This document shows positions 52,845 to 62,946 of a DNA stretch of 64,000 bases, piece by piece. The stretch lies in contig JAGVZG010000002.1 of the NCBI GenBank assembly GCA_018302765.1, forward strand, positions 1-64,000, written 5' to 3'. The translations under genes were made by a program, and so were the position numbers. This stretch comes from Candidatus Woesearchaeota archaeon (lineage in GTDB: Archaea; Nanobdellota; Nanobdellia; SCGC-AAA011-G17; GW2011-AR18). Under the pieces are notes generated by a model, which saw only the letters and a list, made by a program, of their open reading frames with translations, was not told where the DNA came from and did no database searches. Each line of letters opens with the position of its first letter. The first letter of the stretch is position 1.

Positions 52845-53435
52845 CTAAGGTTTATGTCTACTTCTAAGTTTAGCAAACCATTTCTTAACGTCTCTTTGAA
52901 TCTGGTCTTTATGGTCTGGATTTCTTATTTTTAATTCAACACCTTGGATTCTATGCTTAGACAAAGTAACTTCTACATTATTATAAGTGTATTTTCCATC
53001 TGCGCTTGAATATTTAGACAAAACAATATTTGCCCTGTCTAATTCATAACCGGCTTGCTGCAATAGTGCTGTATGTATTCCTTTAAAATAATCAAAGCCA
53101 TTGCTTAAATCTATATAAACTTCAGCATCTCTTCCTCCAATAACCATAAGCTCTAATACTTTCTGTTCGTCTTTTCTGAAAGCCACTCTTCTATTAGCAG
53201 TAATTAGTCCACTTTTATCATATTGAACTCTTTGTATAGCAAAAGGAATAATTCCCTGACTACAACATTCTTCTATGTATTGATCTACATAGTGTTTAGA
53301 AGCCCCAAGCAGAGGCATTTCTATACCTTCAGCTACAAAAATGGCTTCTCCAGACAAAGGAGTTAGCCTTAAAGTTTTTAAAGTATCATAAAATAAGTCC
53401 TGCGAAACAATAGGTATTTTGTCTGAGTAAATCAT
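52845..53435 (-). CDS. Hypothetical protein
   Basis: 196-aa ORF. Confidence 0.5.
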   Translation of the reverse strand: MIYSDKIPIVSQDLFYDTLKTLRLTPLSGEAIFVAEGIEMPLLGASKHYVDQYIEECCSQGIIPFAIQRVQYDKSGLITANRRVAFRKDEQKVLELMVIGGRDAEVYIDLSNGFDYFKGIHTALLQQAGYELDRANIVLSKYSSADGKYTYNNVEVTLSKHRIQGVELKIRNPDHKDQIQRDVKKWFAKLRSRHKP

Positions 53436-53603
53436 TTTTATTTATCCAAGGAAAAACTGGAAAATTAAATCACCCCTTATATATTATAATTAATGATAAA
53501 ATTTTATAAATGTTTTTGTTTCTCTAGAATATTAAGTAAAATACTAAAATATCTATTATAAAATCATAATAAATTATATAAACCTAGTAAAAATTAAAAT
53601 TGT

Positions 53604-54251
53604 ATGTATTATAAAGATTTAGATTATTTAAAACAAGCTTATTCTCAGAGAAAAGAAATAATACAAAATAGATTAAAATATTTCAAAAGTGTCTGGAATG
53701 AAGACGAAAAAAGAATATTTGCTGAATTATGCTTTTGCTTGTTGACACCGCAAAGCAAAGCAAAACTATGTGATGCTGCAATACAAAATCTAGTAAAAAC
53801 AAACCTATTATTTACTGGAAAGGAACAGGACATTAAAGATTATCTAATAGGTGTAAGGTTTAATAATAATAAATCTAGGTATATTACTGAAGCGAGAAAT
53901 ATGTTTACTAAAGACGGTAAAATTTTTATAAAAGACAAGATTAAACAATTTGACAATGAGTTAGAACTTAGGAATTGGCTAGTGGAAAATGTTAATGGTA
54001 TTGGATTGAAAGAGGCTGGGCATTTTATGCGCAATATAGGAATGTATGAAAATGTATCAATTTTAGACAGGCATATTTTAAAAAATTTACATAAACATGG
54101 TGTAATAGATGAAATTCCAAACCCTTTAACAAAAAAACAATACTTGGAAATAGAAGAAAAAATGAAATTATTTTGCAAAGAGGTTGGAATTGGTATTGAA
54201 GAAATAGACTTATTGTTCTGGTCAGAAGAGACAGGAGAAGTATTTAAGTAA
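53604..54251 (+). CDS. ogg: 8-oxoguanine DNA glycosylase/AP lyase (Ogg2-type)
   Basis: ELCFCLLTPQS, GVRF, GIGLKEAGHFMRNIG, ILDRHI, DLLFW. Confidence 0.88.
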   Translation: MYYKDLDYLKQAYSQRKEIIQNRLKYFKSVWNEDEKRIFAELCFCLLTPQSKAKLCDAAIQNLVKTNLLFTGKEQDIKDYLIGVRFNNNKSRYITEARNMFTKDGKIFIKDKIKQFDNELELRNWLVENVNGIGLKEAGHFMRNIGMYENVSILDRHILKNLHKHGVIDEIPNPLTKKQYLEIEEKMKLFCKEVGIGIEEIDLLFWSEETGEVFK

Positions 54252-55374
54252 AACTATTTATTGTTTTTATTAATTCATTTTCAAACCATTCTTCTTTATC
54301 AAATGGAACAAAACAACCAGCAGCAGTTTCGTGCCCACCACCTACACCAAGTTTAATTAAAATATTTCCAAGATTATAATCAGCTTTTTTTGTTCTTAAT
54401 GAATATTTTATAACATTTTTATTAATATCTTTTCCTCTCATAGCAATAACAATACCATATTCAGATTCATCTAGCATAATACTAGAGAACTTGCTCATAA
54501 ATCCACTTTTATGCATTCTTACATTATAAAATACCACATTACCTACTACTTTTTTATACTTGTCAAAATTTTTTCTTTCTTCATCAATTAAATTAGATAA
54601 TGTTAGATAATTTTTATTTAAATATTTAACACTTGGGTTTTCTGAACCATTGATAAGTTCTTCAAATCTAAATTCCTTATTTTCTAAAATTAGTTTTATT
54701 AAACTCTCATTTCCTGTTTCTTCTTCAATAATAAAAGGAGCCCAAAACATCAAGCTTAAATCAAAAAATTTGGTTTTTTTATTTCCAGCATAATAAATAT
54801 TATACCTGTCTAATTTATTTTCCTTTACTAAATTAATAAGCTCTGGAAATAAATTTCTGTAATCTAAAACTACAGAATTAATTTTATTCCTGCAATTATC
54901 AACCAGGTAATCGCAAACAGTACCTATAGCACTTATGTCTCTCCCAAATTTTACAGTTTCAGGCAATGCCATATAAACAATATCTGAAGTATTTACATTT
55001 GTTAAATTAGAACTTCTTGGGCTAAGATAAATAATTTCATCAAATTGTGTTAAATCTGTATATTGGATTGCATACCAATCAAAGGCAAGAATTTTTTGTA
55101 TATTGTTTTTTCTTAATTCATCTATTTGTTCTTTTTTAAGCCCATTTCTATTACCTTTAAAATTTGGAATTTTCTTGTGATATAATCCGTAAATAATAAC
55201 AGAAGTTATTCCATCTGGATCTTCATCACTAATTATTAGATCATAGTCCTCAACCAAATATATCCTAACTATTTTATAAAATTCCTCTAAATTATGAGCA
55301 GTAATAACCCTAACATTATTAAATTTATCAAATTCTACACTTAATTGATGGTGATCTACTATAACTAACTTCAT
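54244..55374 (-). CDS. DHH-family phosphoesterase (DHHA1 C-terminus)
   Basis: SDEDPDGITS, YSLR, GGGHETAAG; the DHH triad itself is not conserved in the expected place. Confidence 0.65.
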   Translation of the reverse strand: MKLVIVDHHQLSVEFDKFNNVRVITAHNLEEFYKIVRIYLVEDYDLIISDEDPDGITSVIIYGLYHKKIPNFKGNRNGLKKEQIDELRKNNIQKILAFDWYAIQYTDLTQFDEIIYLSPRSSNLTNVNTSDIVYMALPETVKFGRDISAIGTVCDYLVDNCRNKINSVVLDYRNLFPELINLVKENKLDRYNIYYAGNKKTKFFDLSLMFWAPFIIEEETGNESLIKLILENKEFRFEELINGSENPSVKYLNKNYLTLSNLIDEERKNFDKYKKVVGNVVFYNVRMHKSGFMSKFSSIMLDESEYGIVIAMRGKDINKNVIKYSLRTKKADYNLGNILIKLGVGGGHETAAGCFVPFDKEEWFENELIKTINSFT

Positions 55375-55511
55375 AAAATTTTAATTGAGTTTTAATATAA
55401 AAAACCTACTAAAATCAGAACAGTTTTAAATTTTGATAGAACATTATACTCATTTTTAAAATATATTTTAATCAATCTAAAAATTTAAAAGGATATATAG
55501 AAACCAAATTT

Positions 55512-56141
55512 ATGGGTTGGAATGAAGATTATAGTGTATATAAACATACTTATCTAGACGGCTTGTTATTGCTTGATGGTAACGTTTGTTTTAGTGATAG
55601 AGATTTGAGAAATGTCTACATTCCAACTTTACAATTAATGAAAGTTCATGAAGATCATCCTATAAAACTTACTTACGGAGGAAGAATATCTCTAAAACCA
55701 GAAGGAGATGAAAGATTAATAATGCAAATATGTAAAGATCCTGACCAAAATCTTTATGATGGTATTTCTATTTTATTTTGTCCTCCAAGTTATGATTTCC
55801 CAGAAGGTAAACAAAAATTAGTTGCTAAACAGGGATTTGAATTTTCTGATAATACAAAAGGAGACTTAACAGTAGGTTATGCAGAAGGAAGGGAACTTCC
55901 ACTTGGATGCGAAGGAATAAATACTGTTGTTCAGATACTGCCACCAATTGTATATTCTTATATTGTAAATTTCCTGGGAAGCAAACCCACAATATTTTAT
56001 TCAGAAAGATATTCTGAAAGTGGCTTCAAACCTTTAGGCAGAATAAATTTAGAAAAAGATCTTCTTGGTGTTTCAGACGTAACAACAGAGATGATTAAAA
56101 AATTAGAAGATAGATTCAAAATGCCTCTTTTAAAAAAATAA
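55512..56141 (+). CDS. Hypothetical protein
   Basis: 209-aa ORF. Confidence 0.5.
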   Translation: MGWNEDYSVYKHTYLDGLLLLDGNVCFSDRDLRNVYIPTLQLMKVHEDHPIKLTYGGRISLKPEGDERLIMQICKDPDQNLYDGISILFCPPSYDFPEGKQKLVAKQGFEFSDNTKGDLTVGYAEGRELPLGCEGINTVVQILPPIVYSYIVNFLGSKPTIFYSERYSESGFKPLGRINLEKDLLGVSDVTTEMIKKLEDRFKMPLLKK

Positions 56142-56144
56142 ATC

Positions 56145-56999
56145 TTAAATTTTATTTCCTATCAACAGGTCTTCAATTTTTTCCAGGTCATTAATTCTAT
56201 TTTCTATTGGCAGAGCATTGCTGTGCAAATTCCAGAAAACTTTCTCTAGCCATTCCACCCATTCTTTGTCATAAATATTGTATATGAGGTAAACATCCTT
56301 ATTAATTTCATTATCTTTATAGTCACTTTTTTTCTTTTCATCCCTTAATCTAATAATTTTATCATCTATTACAAATCCCCTTAATGGCTGCTCAATATGC
56401 CTTACTTCTACAGCATCGTAGCCAATTAGATTATTAAGCTCCAAAATTTTTTTTATGTTTGCTATAGAAGCTATATCTACCCTACACAGGATTTTTATGT
56501 TAATTCTTTTTCTTGCTAGTTCTACAATAATATCAATCAATCTTTTTCCATTCTCTGTATTATTAATAAATGATATATTACCTGAGAAAATAAACAACTG
56601 TCTTGATGTATTTTTTATAAGATCTATTAATTTTTGTTCATCTGCTTTGTCATTAGGCATAACAAAAGCGTCCTTTTTATTGTGGTCAACTAAACTATAT
56701 ATATCAAAAGGGTTGAAATCCTGCTTTTTCTTCCCAGTTTTTATTTTATCTAGTAATATTTGCTGAGCTGTACTAGCTCTCATGCCTTCCAAATTAGCCC
56801 AATAAACAATCTTTAAAGCTCCTCTGGTACCACCTCTAAATGTTTTTATCTTAATTGTTCCATATTTTTCTATCATATAATTTAGATACTTGTCAGCTGT
56901 TACCCAGCTTACTTTTAGCAGTTCAGAAATTTCTTTAACAGCTCTGGGCTGTTTATAAACAAATTCATTGACTGCTTTTATAGCGTCAGGAGTAAGCAT
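56145..56999 (-). CDS. wHTH plus TrmB/PLD-like domain protein
   Basis: VKEISELLKVSWVTADKYL wHTH; LFIFSGN, INIKILC, LRGFVIDDK C-terminal fold. Confidence 0.6.
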   Translation of the reverse strand: MLTPDAIKAVNEFVYKQPRAVKEISELLKVSWVTADKYLNYMIEKYGTIKIKTFRGGTRGALKIVYWANLEGMRASTAQQILLDKIKTGKKKQDFNPFDIYSLVDHNKKDAFVMPNDKADEQKLIDLIKNTSRQLFIFSGNISFINNTENGKRLIDIIVELARKRINIKILCRVDIASIANIKKILELNNLIGYDAVEVRHIEQPLRGFVIDDKIIRLRDEKKKSDYKDNEINKDVYLIYNIYDKEWVEWLEKVFWNLHSNALPIENRINDLEKIEDLLIGNKI

Positions 57000-57076
57000 A
57001 TTATTCTAAAACTTAAACACTATATAAGTTTTTTGATGGTTAATTACTATATTTACTAAAACACTTACATACTTAT

Positions 57077-58030
57077 ATGGATTTAGCAGTATGTGACCAA
57101 TATAAAAAAGTTAAATTACAAGTACAAATACACACAAAAGAATTAACAGATTATTTGCACAGCATAGAACATTCTTTGCAATTATTAGAAGATACTAATA
57201 AAAGAAAAGATGTAACTTCTATTTTACTGGAGTTTACAAAAACGTCACAGTTATCTCTACTTGGAGATGAAGCTAAAACTTTAGATGTAGTACTAGAAAA
57301 TTTACTGGATTTAAGAAGGGCTAAAAGACCGTTATATAAAAGGTTTAAAATAAAAGTAGGTGAAAAAATAAGAGATATATCTGTACCACAAAAATCATTA
57401 GAATTATTTCTTAAATATTATGTTTCGCCACTTATAGATCATGCAAAGTGCCATGCTCAATCACATGGTGGTGAAGTGGGATGTACTCCAAAGTACAGCA
57501 TTAAATCTATCTTACCTGTTGAATTTGTTTTGTCATTTGATCTTAAAGATGCTTATAAAAATATAGACTTGCAGTATATATTTGATTTTTATTATGATTT
57601 AATATTTGAAAAAACAAAAGACGTTGAGAAAAGCAAGCAAACTGCTGGATTTTTAGCTGGAGTATCAACTGTTTATTATGCAGATCGTGGATATGCACTT
57701 CCACAAGGATCACCAATATGTTCAAAATTATTTAACAGAGTATTGCTTCCTATTGATAATTTACTATACAAATATTCTTTAGAAATCGGTCTGGATTATG
57801 TAAGATGGGTAGATGACTTTATTTTTAGCTCTAGTGATTGTGGTTTAACATTAGACAAATTTGTTAAAACTTTAGATATTGTCAGAAATTATTTTCCTAT
57901 ATCTGAGAATAAAACATACTTTCAAAGAAAACATCCGGTATATCTTTTAGGACATAAAATTGTTGGCACAGATATAAGTGAGGCGACAACAGAGGAGTTG
58001 GAAACAAGACGCCAAATTAATTTATCATGA
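57077..58030 (+). CDS. Reverse transcriptase, retron-like but divergent
   Basis: YKRFKIK...RDISVP, SHGG, FDLKDAY, LPQGSPICSKLFN, catalytic YVRWVDD (57797-57817), YLLG. Confidence 0.88.
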   Translation: MDLAVCDQYKKVKLQVQIHTKELTDYLHSIEHSLQLLEDTNKRKDVTSILLEFTKTSQLSLLGDEAKTLDVVLENLLDLRRAKRPLYKRFKIKVGEKIRDISVPQKSLELFLKYYVSPLIDHAKCHAQSHGGEVGCTPKYSIKSILPVEFVLSFDLKDAYKNIDLQYIFDFYYDLIFEKTKDVEKSKQTAGFLAGVSTVYYADRGYALPQGSPICSKLFNRVLLPIDNLLYKYSLEIGLDYVRWVDDFIFSSSDCGLTLDKFVKTLDIVRNYFPISENKTYFQRKHPVYLLGHKIVGTDISEATTEELETRRQINLS

Positions 58031-58076
58031 TATAATTAGATTAATCAGCCTATATGCAAATAGAACATGGATAAAT

Positions 58077-58400
58077 ATGAAAAGTAGAACTAATGATATA
58101 GAAAGCAAATATAGAGTTAAAAAATCATATTCACAAGTTAAACAAAACATAGAACTTTCTTATCTTAGAAGCTTGGATATTGATACAAAAATATTATTGT
58201 CTTTTTATCTATTTGGAGAAATCCCTCAAGTTTTAGTTGCTTTTATAGTAGGCGTTAAACAAGAAACTGTTTCTAGAAGTGTTAAAAGACTAAAGAAAGA
58301 AGGTAAAATAGAAACTATTGGCAGAAAAAAACAACTATATGGAAGTGTTGCTAAAGATTACAAGATTGAACTAAGTGAACTATCTGCTTTATTAATATAA
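58077..58400 (+). CDS. Small winged-HTH protein downstream of the RT
   Basis: IPQVLVAFIVGVKQETVSRSVKRLKKEGKI; ATG at 58077 in frame with the 57978 ORF. Confidence 0.7.
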   Translation: MKSRTNDIESKYRVKKSYSQVKQNIELSYLRSLDIDTKILLSFYLFGEIPQVLVAFIVGVKQETVSRSVKRLKKEGKIETIGRKKQLYGSVAKDYKIELSELSALLI

Positions 58401-58446
58401 AAATTAACAAAAACATTAAAATATCCAATAGATACTATATTTTACA

Positions 58447-60444
58447 ATGTTAATATTTACAAAAGAGGATTTATCATTAGACAAAGCCAAGGAAAAGGAG
58501 TGGATTATAACAAATGGCTTAGGAAGTTATTCCTCATCTACAGTTATTGGATTAAATACTAGAAAGTACCATGGATTGCTTGTTGCTGCATTAAAAAAAC
58601 CATTAAATAGAAATCTGTTATTAAGCAAATTTGAGGAAGAGGTTATAATAGAAAACAGGTCTTACAAGTTAGGAATAAATAAATATCCTGAAGTTTATTA
58701 CCCACAAGGCAATGATTATTTAGAGGGTTTTGTATTTGGTATTTATCCTACTTTTAATTATAAAGTTGAAAATATAGACATAATAAAATCAATCTGCATG
58801 ATTGCAAATAACAATGCAGTTGTTGTTTCTTATAAAATAATCTCAGAAAAACCATTTAGATTAAAAGTTATGCCATTAATTAATTGCAGGGAATTTCATA
58901 GTATTACTAAAGAACCAGGCTGGGTATTTAATCAATCAGCAGGGCAAAGAACAACAGTTATCAGGCCAAGCTATGAAGGATCTCCAGCAATAATTATGGG
59001 CTGTGATAAAGGCGTATACAAACAAAAAGGCTTGTGGTTTTACAATATGGAGTATGAACAAGAAGTACTAAGGGGCTATGATTACACAGAAAATCATTTT
59101 TGTCCTGGAGAATTTATTGTTGATATAAAAAAAGGAAATAGCATTGTAAATTTTTTAGTTGTTGGGGACAATGCTGATGAAGCTTACATATCATTTGACA
59201 ATTTATATTCTTCAGATGAGAAAGAATACAAAAAATTCTTTGAATATGAAATCAATAGGATAAAATCACTGGTAAAAACATGCTATTCTTTTAATAGTAT
59301 AAAACAAGATGTTTTACTGCCTTACTTATTGCAGGCTTCAGATCAGTTTATAGTAAAAAATCCAACAACAGACAGCAAATCAGTAATTGCTGGTTATCAT
59401 TGGTTTGATGATTATGGAAGAGACGCTCTTATTTCACTTCCAGGAATTTGTTTAACTACTGGAAGAATCAATGAAGCCAAGGAACTGCTACTGCATTATG
59501 CAAGGCAATGTAAGAATGGATTAATACCTAACAGAACAAAAGATAGTGGAGATGTAGAATATTCTTCAGTTGATACATCACTTTGGTTTATTTATGCAAC
59601 TTACAAATTCTACAAATACACAAATAATTTAGATTTTATAAGATTAAATCTGTGGAGTAAAATAAAGGAAATAATAAATTACTATAAATTTAGTACAGGT
59701 TTTGGAATTGAAATGAAGCAAGATGGTTTAATTTCTACAAATTCTGATTTACCTTTGACTTGGATGGATACAAAGTACACACTAAGGAAAGGTAAGTGTG
59801 TTGAGATAAATGCTTTATGGTACAATGCATTAAAAATTTCAGAGCTATTTGCTAAAAGATTTAAAGAAGATTTTGAAGAATATTTAGTTATTAGCAACTT
59901 AGTAAAAAAATCATTTGGTGATAAATTCTGGAATCATGAAGAGAATTGTTTATATGACAGAATTGAAAATAATTTTAAGGATGCAAGTATAAGACCAAAC
60001 CAGGTATTTGCTATTTCATTACCATTTAGTATTTTAAATCTAAAAAAAGAATACTTTGTTGTTAAAAAAATTACAGAAGACCTGCTTACACCATATGGAT
60101 TAAGAAGCTTAAGCAATAAAGACAAAAATTATATTGGGGTTTATAAAGGAAATCAAGAAGAAAGAGACAAAGCTTATCATAATGGGACTTCATGGGGCTG
60201 GCTATTAGGCCCTTATATTACAGCTTATTTAAAAATTCATGACTATTCTAAAAAAGGAAAAGAAGAAGCAACTGAAAAAATAATAAAAAACATTGTGCAT
60301 AGTTTGAAAGACTATGGCATAGGAACCATTTCTGAAATATACGATGGAGATTTTCCTTATACTTCAAGAGGATGTATAAGCCAGGCTTGGAGCGTAGCTG
60401 AGATAACAAGGGCATATGTTGAAGATATATTAAAAAACCAGTAA
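58447..60444 (+). CDS. Glycogen debranching enzyme (amylo-alpha-1,6-glucosidase, archaeal type)
   Basis: EWIITNGLGSY, TRKYHGLL, IAGYHWF, LTWMD, RPNQ, YHNG, CISQAWSVAE. Confidence 0.93.
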   Translation: MLIFTKEDLSLDKAKEKEWIITNGLGSYSSSTVIGLNTRKYHGLLVAALKKPLNRNLLLSKFEEEVIIENRSYKLGINKYPEVYYPQGNDYLEGFVFGIYPTFNYKVENIDIIKSICMIANNNAVVVSYKIISEKPFRLKVMPLINCREFHSITKEPGWVFNQSAGQRTTVIRPSYEGSPAIIMGCDKGVYKQKGLWFYNMEYEQEVLRGYDYTENHFCPGEFIVDIKKGNSIVNFLVVGDNADEAYISFDNLYSSDEKEYKKFFEYEINRIKSLVKTCYSFNSIKQDVLLPYLLQASDQFIVKNPTTDSKSVIAGYHWFDDYGRDALISLPGICLTTGRINEAKELLLHYARQCKNGLIPNRTKDSGDVEYSSVDTSLWFIYATYKFYKYTNNLDFIRLNLWSKIKEIINYYKFSTGFGIEMKQDGLISTNSDLPLTWMDTKYTLRKGKCVEINALWYNALKISELFAKRFKEDFEEYLVISNLVKKSFGDKFWNHEENCLYDRIENNFKDASIRPNQVFAISLPFSILNLKKEYFVVKKITEDLLTPYGLRSLSNKDKNYIGVYKGNQEERDKAYHNGTSWGWLLGPYITAYLKIHDYSKKGKEEATEKIIKNIVHSLKDYGIGTISEIYDGDFPYTSRGCISQAWSVAEITRAYVEDILKNQ

Positions 60445-60606
60445 ACATAAGCTGTAATGTTAGCTACACCAAATAATATGGCAAAGCTAAATATAAATAT
60501 AAGAATTAAAAAAAATATTTATTGTCTTTTAGATACGTCCAATAAAACCTAATGCTGCCCACGAACAAATGCGAAAATTTAAATTATGAATAAATAACAA
60601 ACAATT

Positions 60607-61098
60607 ATGTATGATCCAAAAAAAGCACACTATATTGTTGTAACAGGAATAATTATTAAACATGAAAAATTTTTAATTACAAAAAGAGCGCCAACTGAAA
60701 AAGCATTTCCAAACCAATGGACTGTTCCGGGCGGGAAATTAGAATTAGATGACTACGCAAAAAGACCAAAAGACACTTCTGCCCATTGGTATAATATTTT
60801 TGAAGACTTGTTAAAAAGAGAAGTTATGGAAGAAGTTGGTTTGACTATGAAAAATATTCGTTATTTAACAAGTCTTTCATACATTCGTTCTGATAATATA
60901 CCTACAATTATTGTTAGTCTTTTTGCTGACTACCATGAAGGAGAAGTTAAACTTTGTCCTGCCCTTACAGAATACGCTTGGGTAACTCTCAAAGAAGCAA
61001 AGAATTATGAATTAATTGAAGGCATATATGAAGAATTGGAAATGCTTGATAAAATCCTTAAAGGAAAAGAAGTTAGGGTTTGGCAAAAGAAAGAATAG
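60607..61098 (+). CDS. NUDIX hydrolase
   Basis: WTVPGGKLE...LKREVMEEVGL Nudix box with insertion. Confidence 0.88.
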   Translation: MYDPKKAHYIVVTGIIIKHEKFLITKRAPTEKAFPNQWTVPGGKLELDDYAKRPKDTSAHWYNIFEDLLKREVMEEVGLTMKNIRYLTSLSYIRSDNIPTIIVSLFADYHEGEVKLCPALTEYAWVTLKEAKNYELIEGIYEELEMLDKILKGKEVRVWQKKE

Positions 61099-61270
61099 GT
61101 GCATGTGTTTTTCACTCTAATTTAGTGCCATCGCTACTTGTTCACTTTGTTCGCACCGAAATTTTCTCATATGCAGTGTAGGAAAAGAAATTAACAAGAA
61201 TTATATGTACTGCTTACTTAACAGCTCAAGTAAACAAAAACATTATATATAATCAGAAATTAATAATTTC

Positions 61271-62110
61271 ATGAGCATTGGAAGCTTAGCTAAAAAAGCA
61301 GGTTTAGGCTTATTATTAATTTTTGGAGCGCCGGCTGTAGTTGCTGGAGGACTTAAGCTTGCAGAAATGTACTTAGCAAACTTAGACAAAAAAGACCAGG
61401 AAGCATTCAAAGCTGCAATGGCTTCTTATGACAACGCTGTAGAAGCATATAACAGAAGCGACTATAGGGCTGCAAGAACACATTTAGAAAACACAAGAAC
61501 TTTATTGAAAAGTCTTAGAATGGTTCAGGACAAAAAAACTATTGACAATTTTGTTAATATGTTGGATTGCATGGTAAATGCACAAGAGCAAATAGATAAA
61601 GAAAAATACAGAGAGGCATTAGACTGGATAATTAAAGCTAAAGAATATTTAAAAGGTATAGAATTTTCAGACCTAACTAAGTATGACAATTTATACCAAA
61701 AACTAAGAGAATTAGAAAGACTTGTAGGAGAAGGTATAAAAGAAAAGAAAGTAGAAGAAAATATGAAAAAAGTTTCTCCATTGTATAAAAAAGCACTTGC
61801 TGCATTTAAAAAAAACAGATTTAAGATAGCAATGGATTTTTCATATCAGGCATTAGTTATAATGAAAAAATCTAAAGTAGAAGATGATACTGGCTTAGTT
61901 AAAAAATTTGGTGATCTTGCTACGCTATGTAAATTAATACAGGAAAAAATAATACAAGGTAATTATGGAACTGCTATGAGGTGGGTTGAAGATGGAATAA
62001 GAATTGTAAATTCTGCAGGCTTTCCGGCAGATGACAAAGACATGATACTTGAAAAATTATTAGATTTCAGATCTACAATAGAATCTGCAGGAGCACGCGC
62101 AGAGCTTTAA
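61271..62110 (+). CDS. Membrane-anchored helical-repeat (TPR-like) protein
   Basis: N-terminal TM helix; two internally similar helical halves. Confidence 0.55.
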   Translation: MSIGSLAKKAGLGLLLIFGAPAVVAGGLKLAEMYLANLDKKDQEAFKAAMASYDNAVEAYNRSDYRAARTHLENTRTLLKSLRMVQDKKTIDNFVNMLDCMVNAQEQIDKEKYREALDWIIKAKEYLKGIEFSDLTKYDNLYQKLRELERLVGEGIKEKKVEENMKKVSPLYKKALAAFKKNRFKIAMDFSYQALVIMKKSKVEDDTGLVKKFGDLATLCKLIQEKIIQGNYGTAMRWVEDGIRIVNSAGFPADDKDMILEKLLDFRSTIESAGARAEL

Positions 62111-62130
62111 CAATATTTATATACATATTA

Positions 62131-62946
62131 GTGGATTTAAATATAAAAAAGATGGTTAATATACAACATAAGATAAATGAATTATTAACAAATAATAAAG
62201 CATTATTTCTAGCGCTAGACCAAGGTCTGGAACATGGCCCAAAAGATTTTAATCTTACAACAATAAATCCAGAATATGTCTTTAATTTAGCGAGAGATGA
62301 AAAATTTAATGCTATAATATTACAAAAAGGTTTAGCTATTAGATATCATGAAAACTACAGATATAAAATTCCATTAATCCTTAAATTAAATGGCAAAACA
62401 GGTTTAGGTCACAGAGAGCCTTATTCTCCACAGATATGCAGTGTGAAGAAAGCAGTGAAGCTAGGAGCTGATGCTGTTGGTTATACTATATATTTTGGTT
62501 CTCCTTACGAACCAGAAATGTTTAAGGAATTTTCAAAAATTGAAGAAGAAGCACATGACTATGGATTGCCTGTTGTTTTATGGGCATATCCGAGAGGCTC
62601 TGGAGTAGAAGAAAGTAGTACTGACACTTTAGCTTATGCTGCAAGAGCTTCATTGGAACTTGGTGCTGACTTTATAAAAATAAAATACAACGGAGATTCA
62701 GAAGGCTATAAGTGGATTGTAAAAAGTTCTGGAAATTCAAAATTGTTTGCTGCTGGAGGTGAGAAAAAAGATGTAAAGGACTTTCTTTCTGATGTTTACA
62801 ATGTTATGAAGGCTGGAGCATCTGGGGTTGCTATTGGAAGAAATGTATGGCAGTCTGAACATCCATTAAAGATATCTGATGCAGTAAAAGCAATTGTGTT
62901 TGGCAATAAAACTGTAGAACAAGCCTTGAAGCTAATTAAAAAATGA
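62131..62946 (+). CDS. fba: Class I (DhnA-type) fructose-bisphosphate aldolase
   Basis: LALDQGLEHGP, ILKLNGKT, GADAVGYTIY, WAYPRG, Schiff-base IKIKY, GRNVWQ. Confidence 0.92.
   Translation: MDLNIKKMVNIQHKINELLTNNKALFLALDQGLEHGPKDFNLTTINPEYVFNLARDEKFNAIILQKGLAIRYHENYRYKIPLILKLNGKTGLGHREPYSPQICSVKKAVKLGADAVGYTIYFGSPYEPEMFKEFSKIEEEAHDYGLPVVLWAYPRGSGVEESSTDTLAYAARASLELGADFIKIKYNGDSEGYKWIVKSSGNSKLFAAGGEKKDVKDFLSDVYNVMKAGASGVAIGRNVWQSEHPLKISDAVKAIVFGNKTVEQALKLIKK

Noticed and set aside
57077-58030. RT as part of a diversity-generating retroelement
   Set aside because: By eye I found no template/variable repeat pair differing at adenines and no avd-like gene. The motif is LPQGSP rather than the DGR-type G(L/I)PIG. 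A self-alignment of the genome is needed to exclude a distant TR.
57978-58400. Programmed frameshift fusing the RT to the HTH ORF via the 53-nt overlap
   Set aside because: No clear slippery site, and an in-frame ATG at 58077 gives a sensible stand-alone HTH protein. Not fully excluded.
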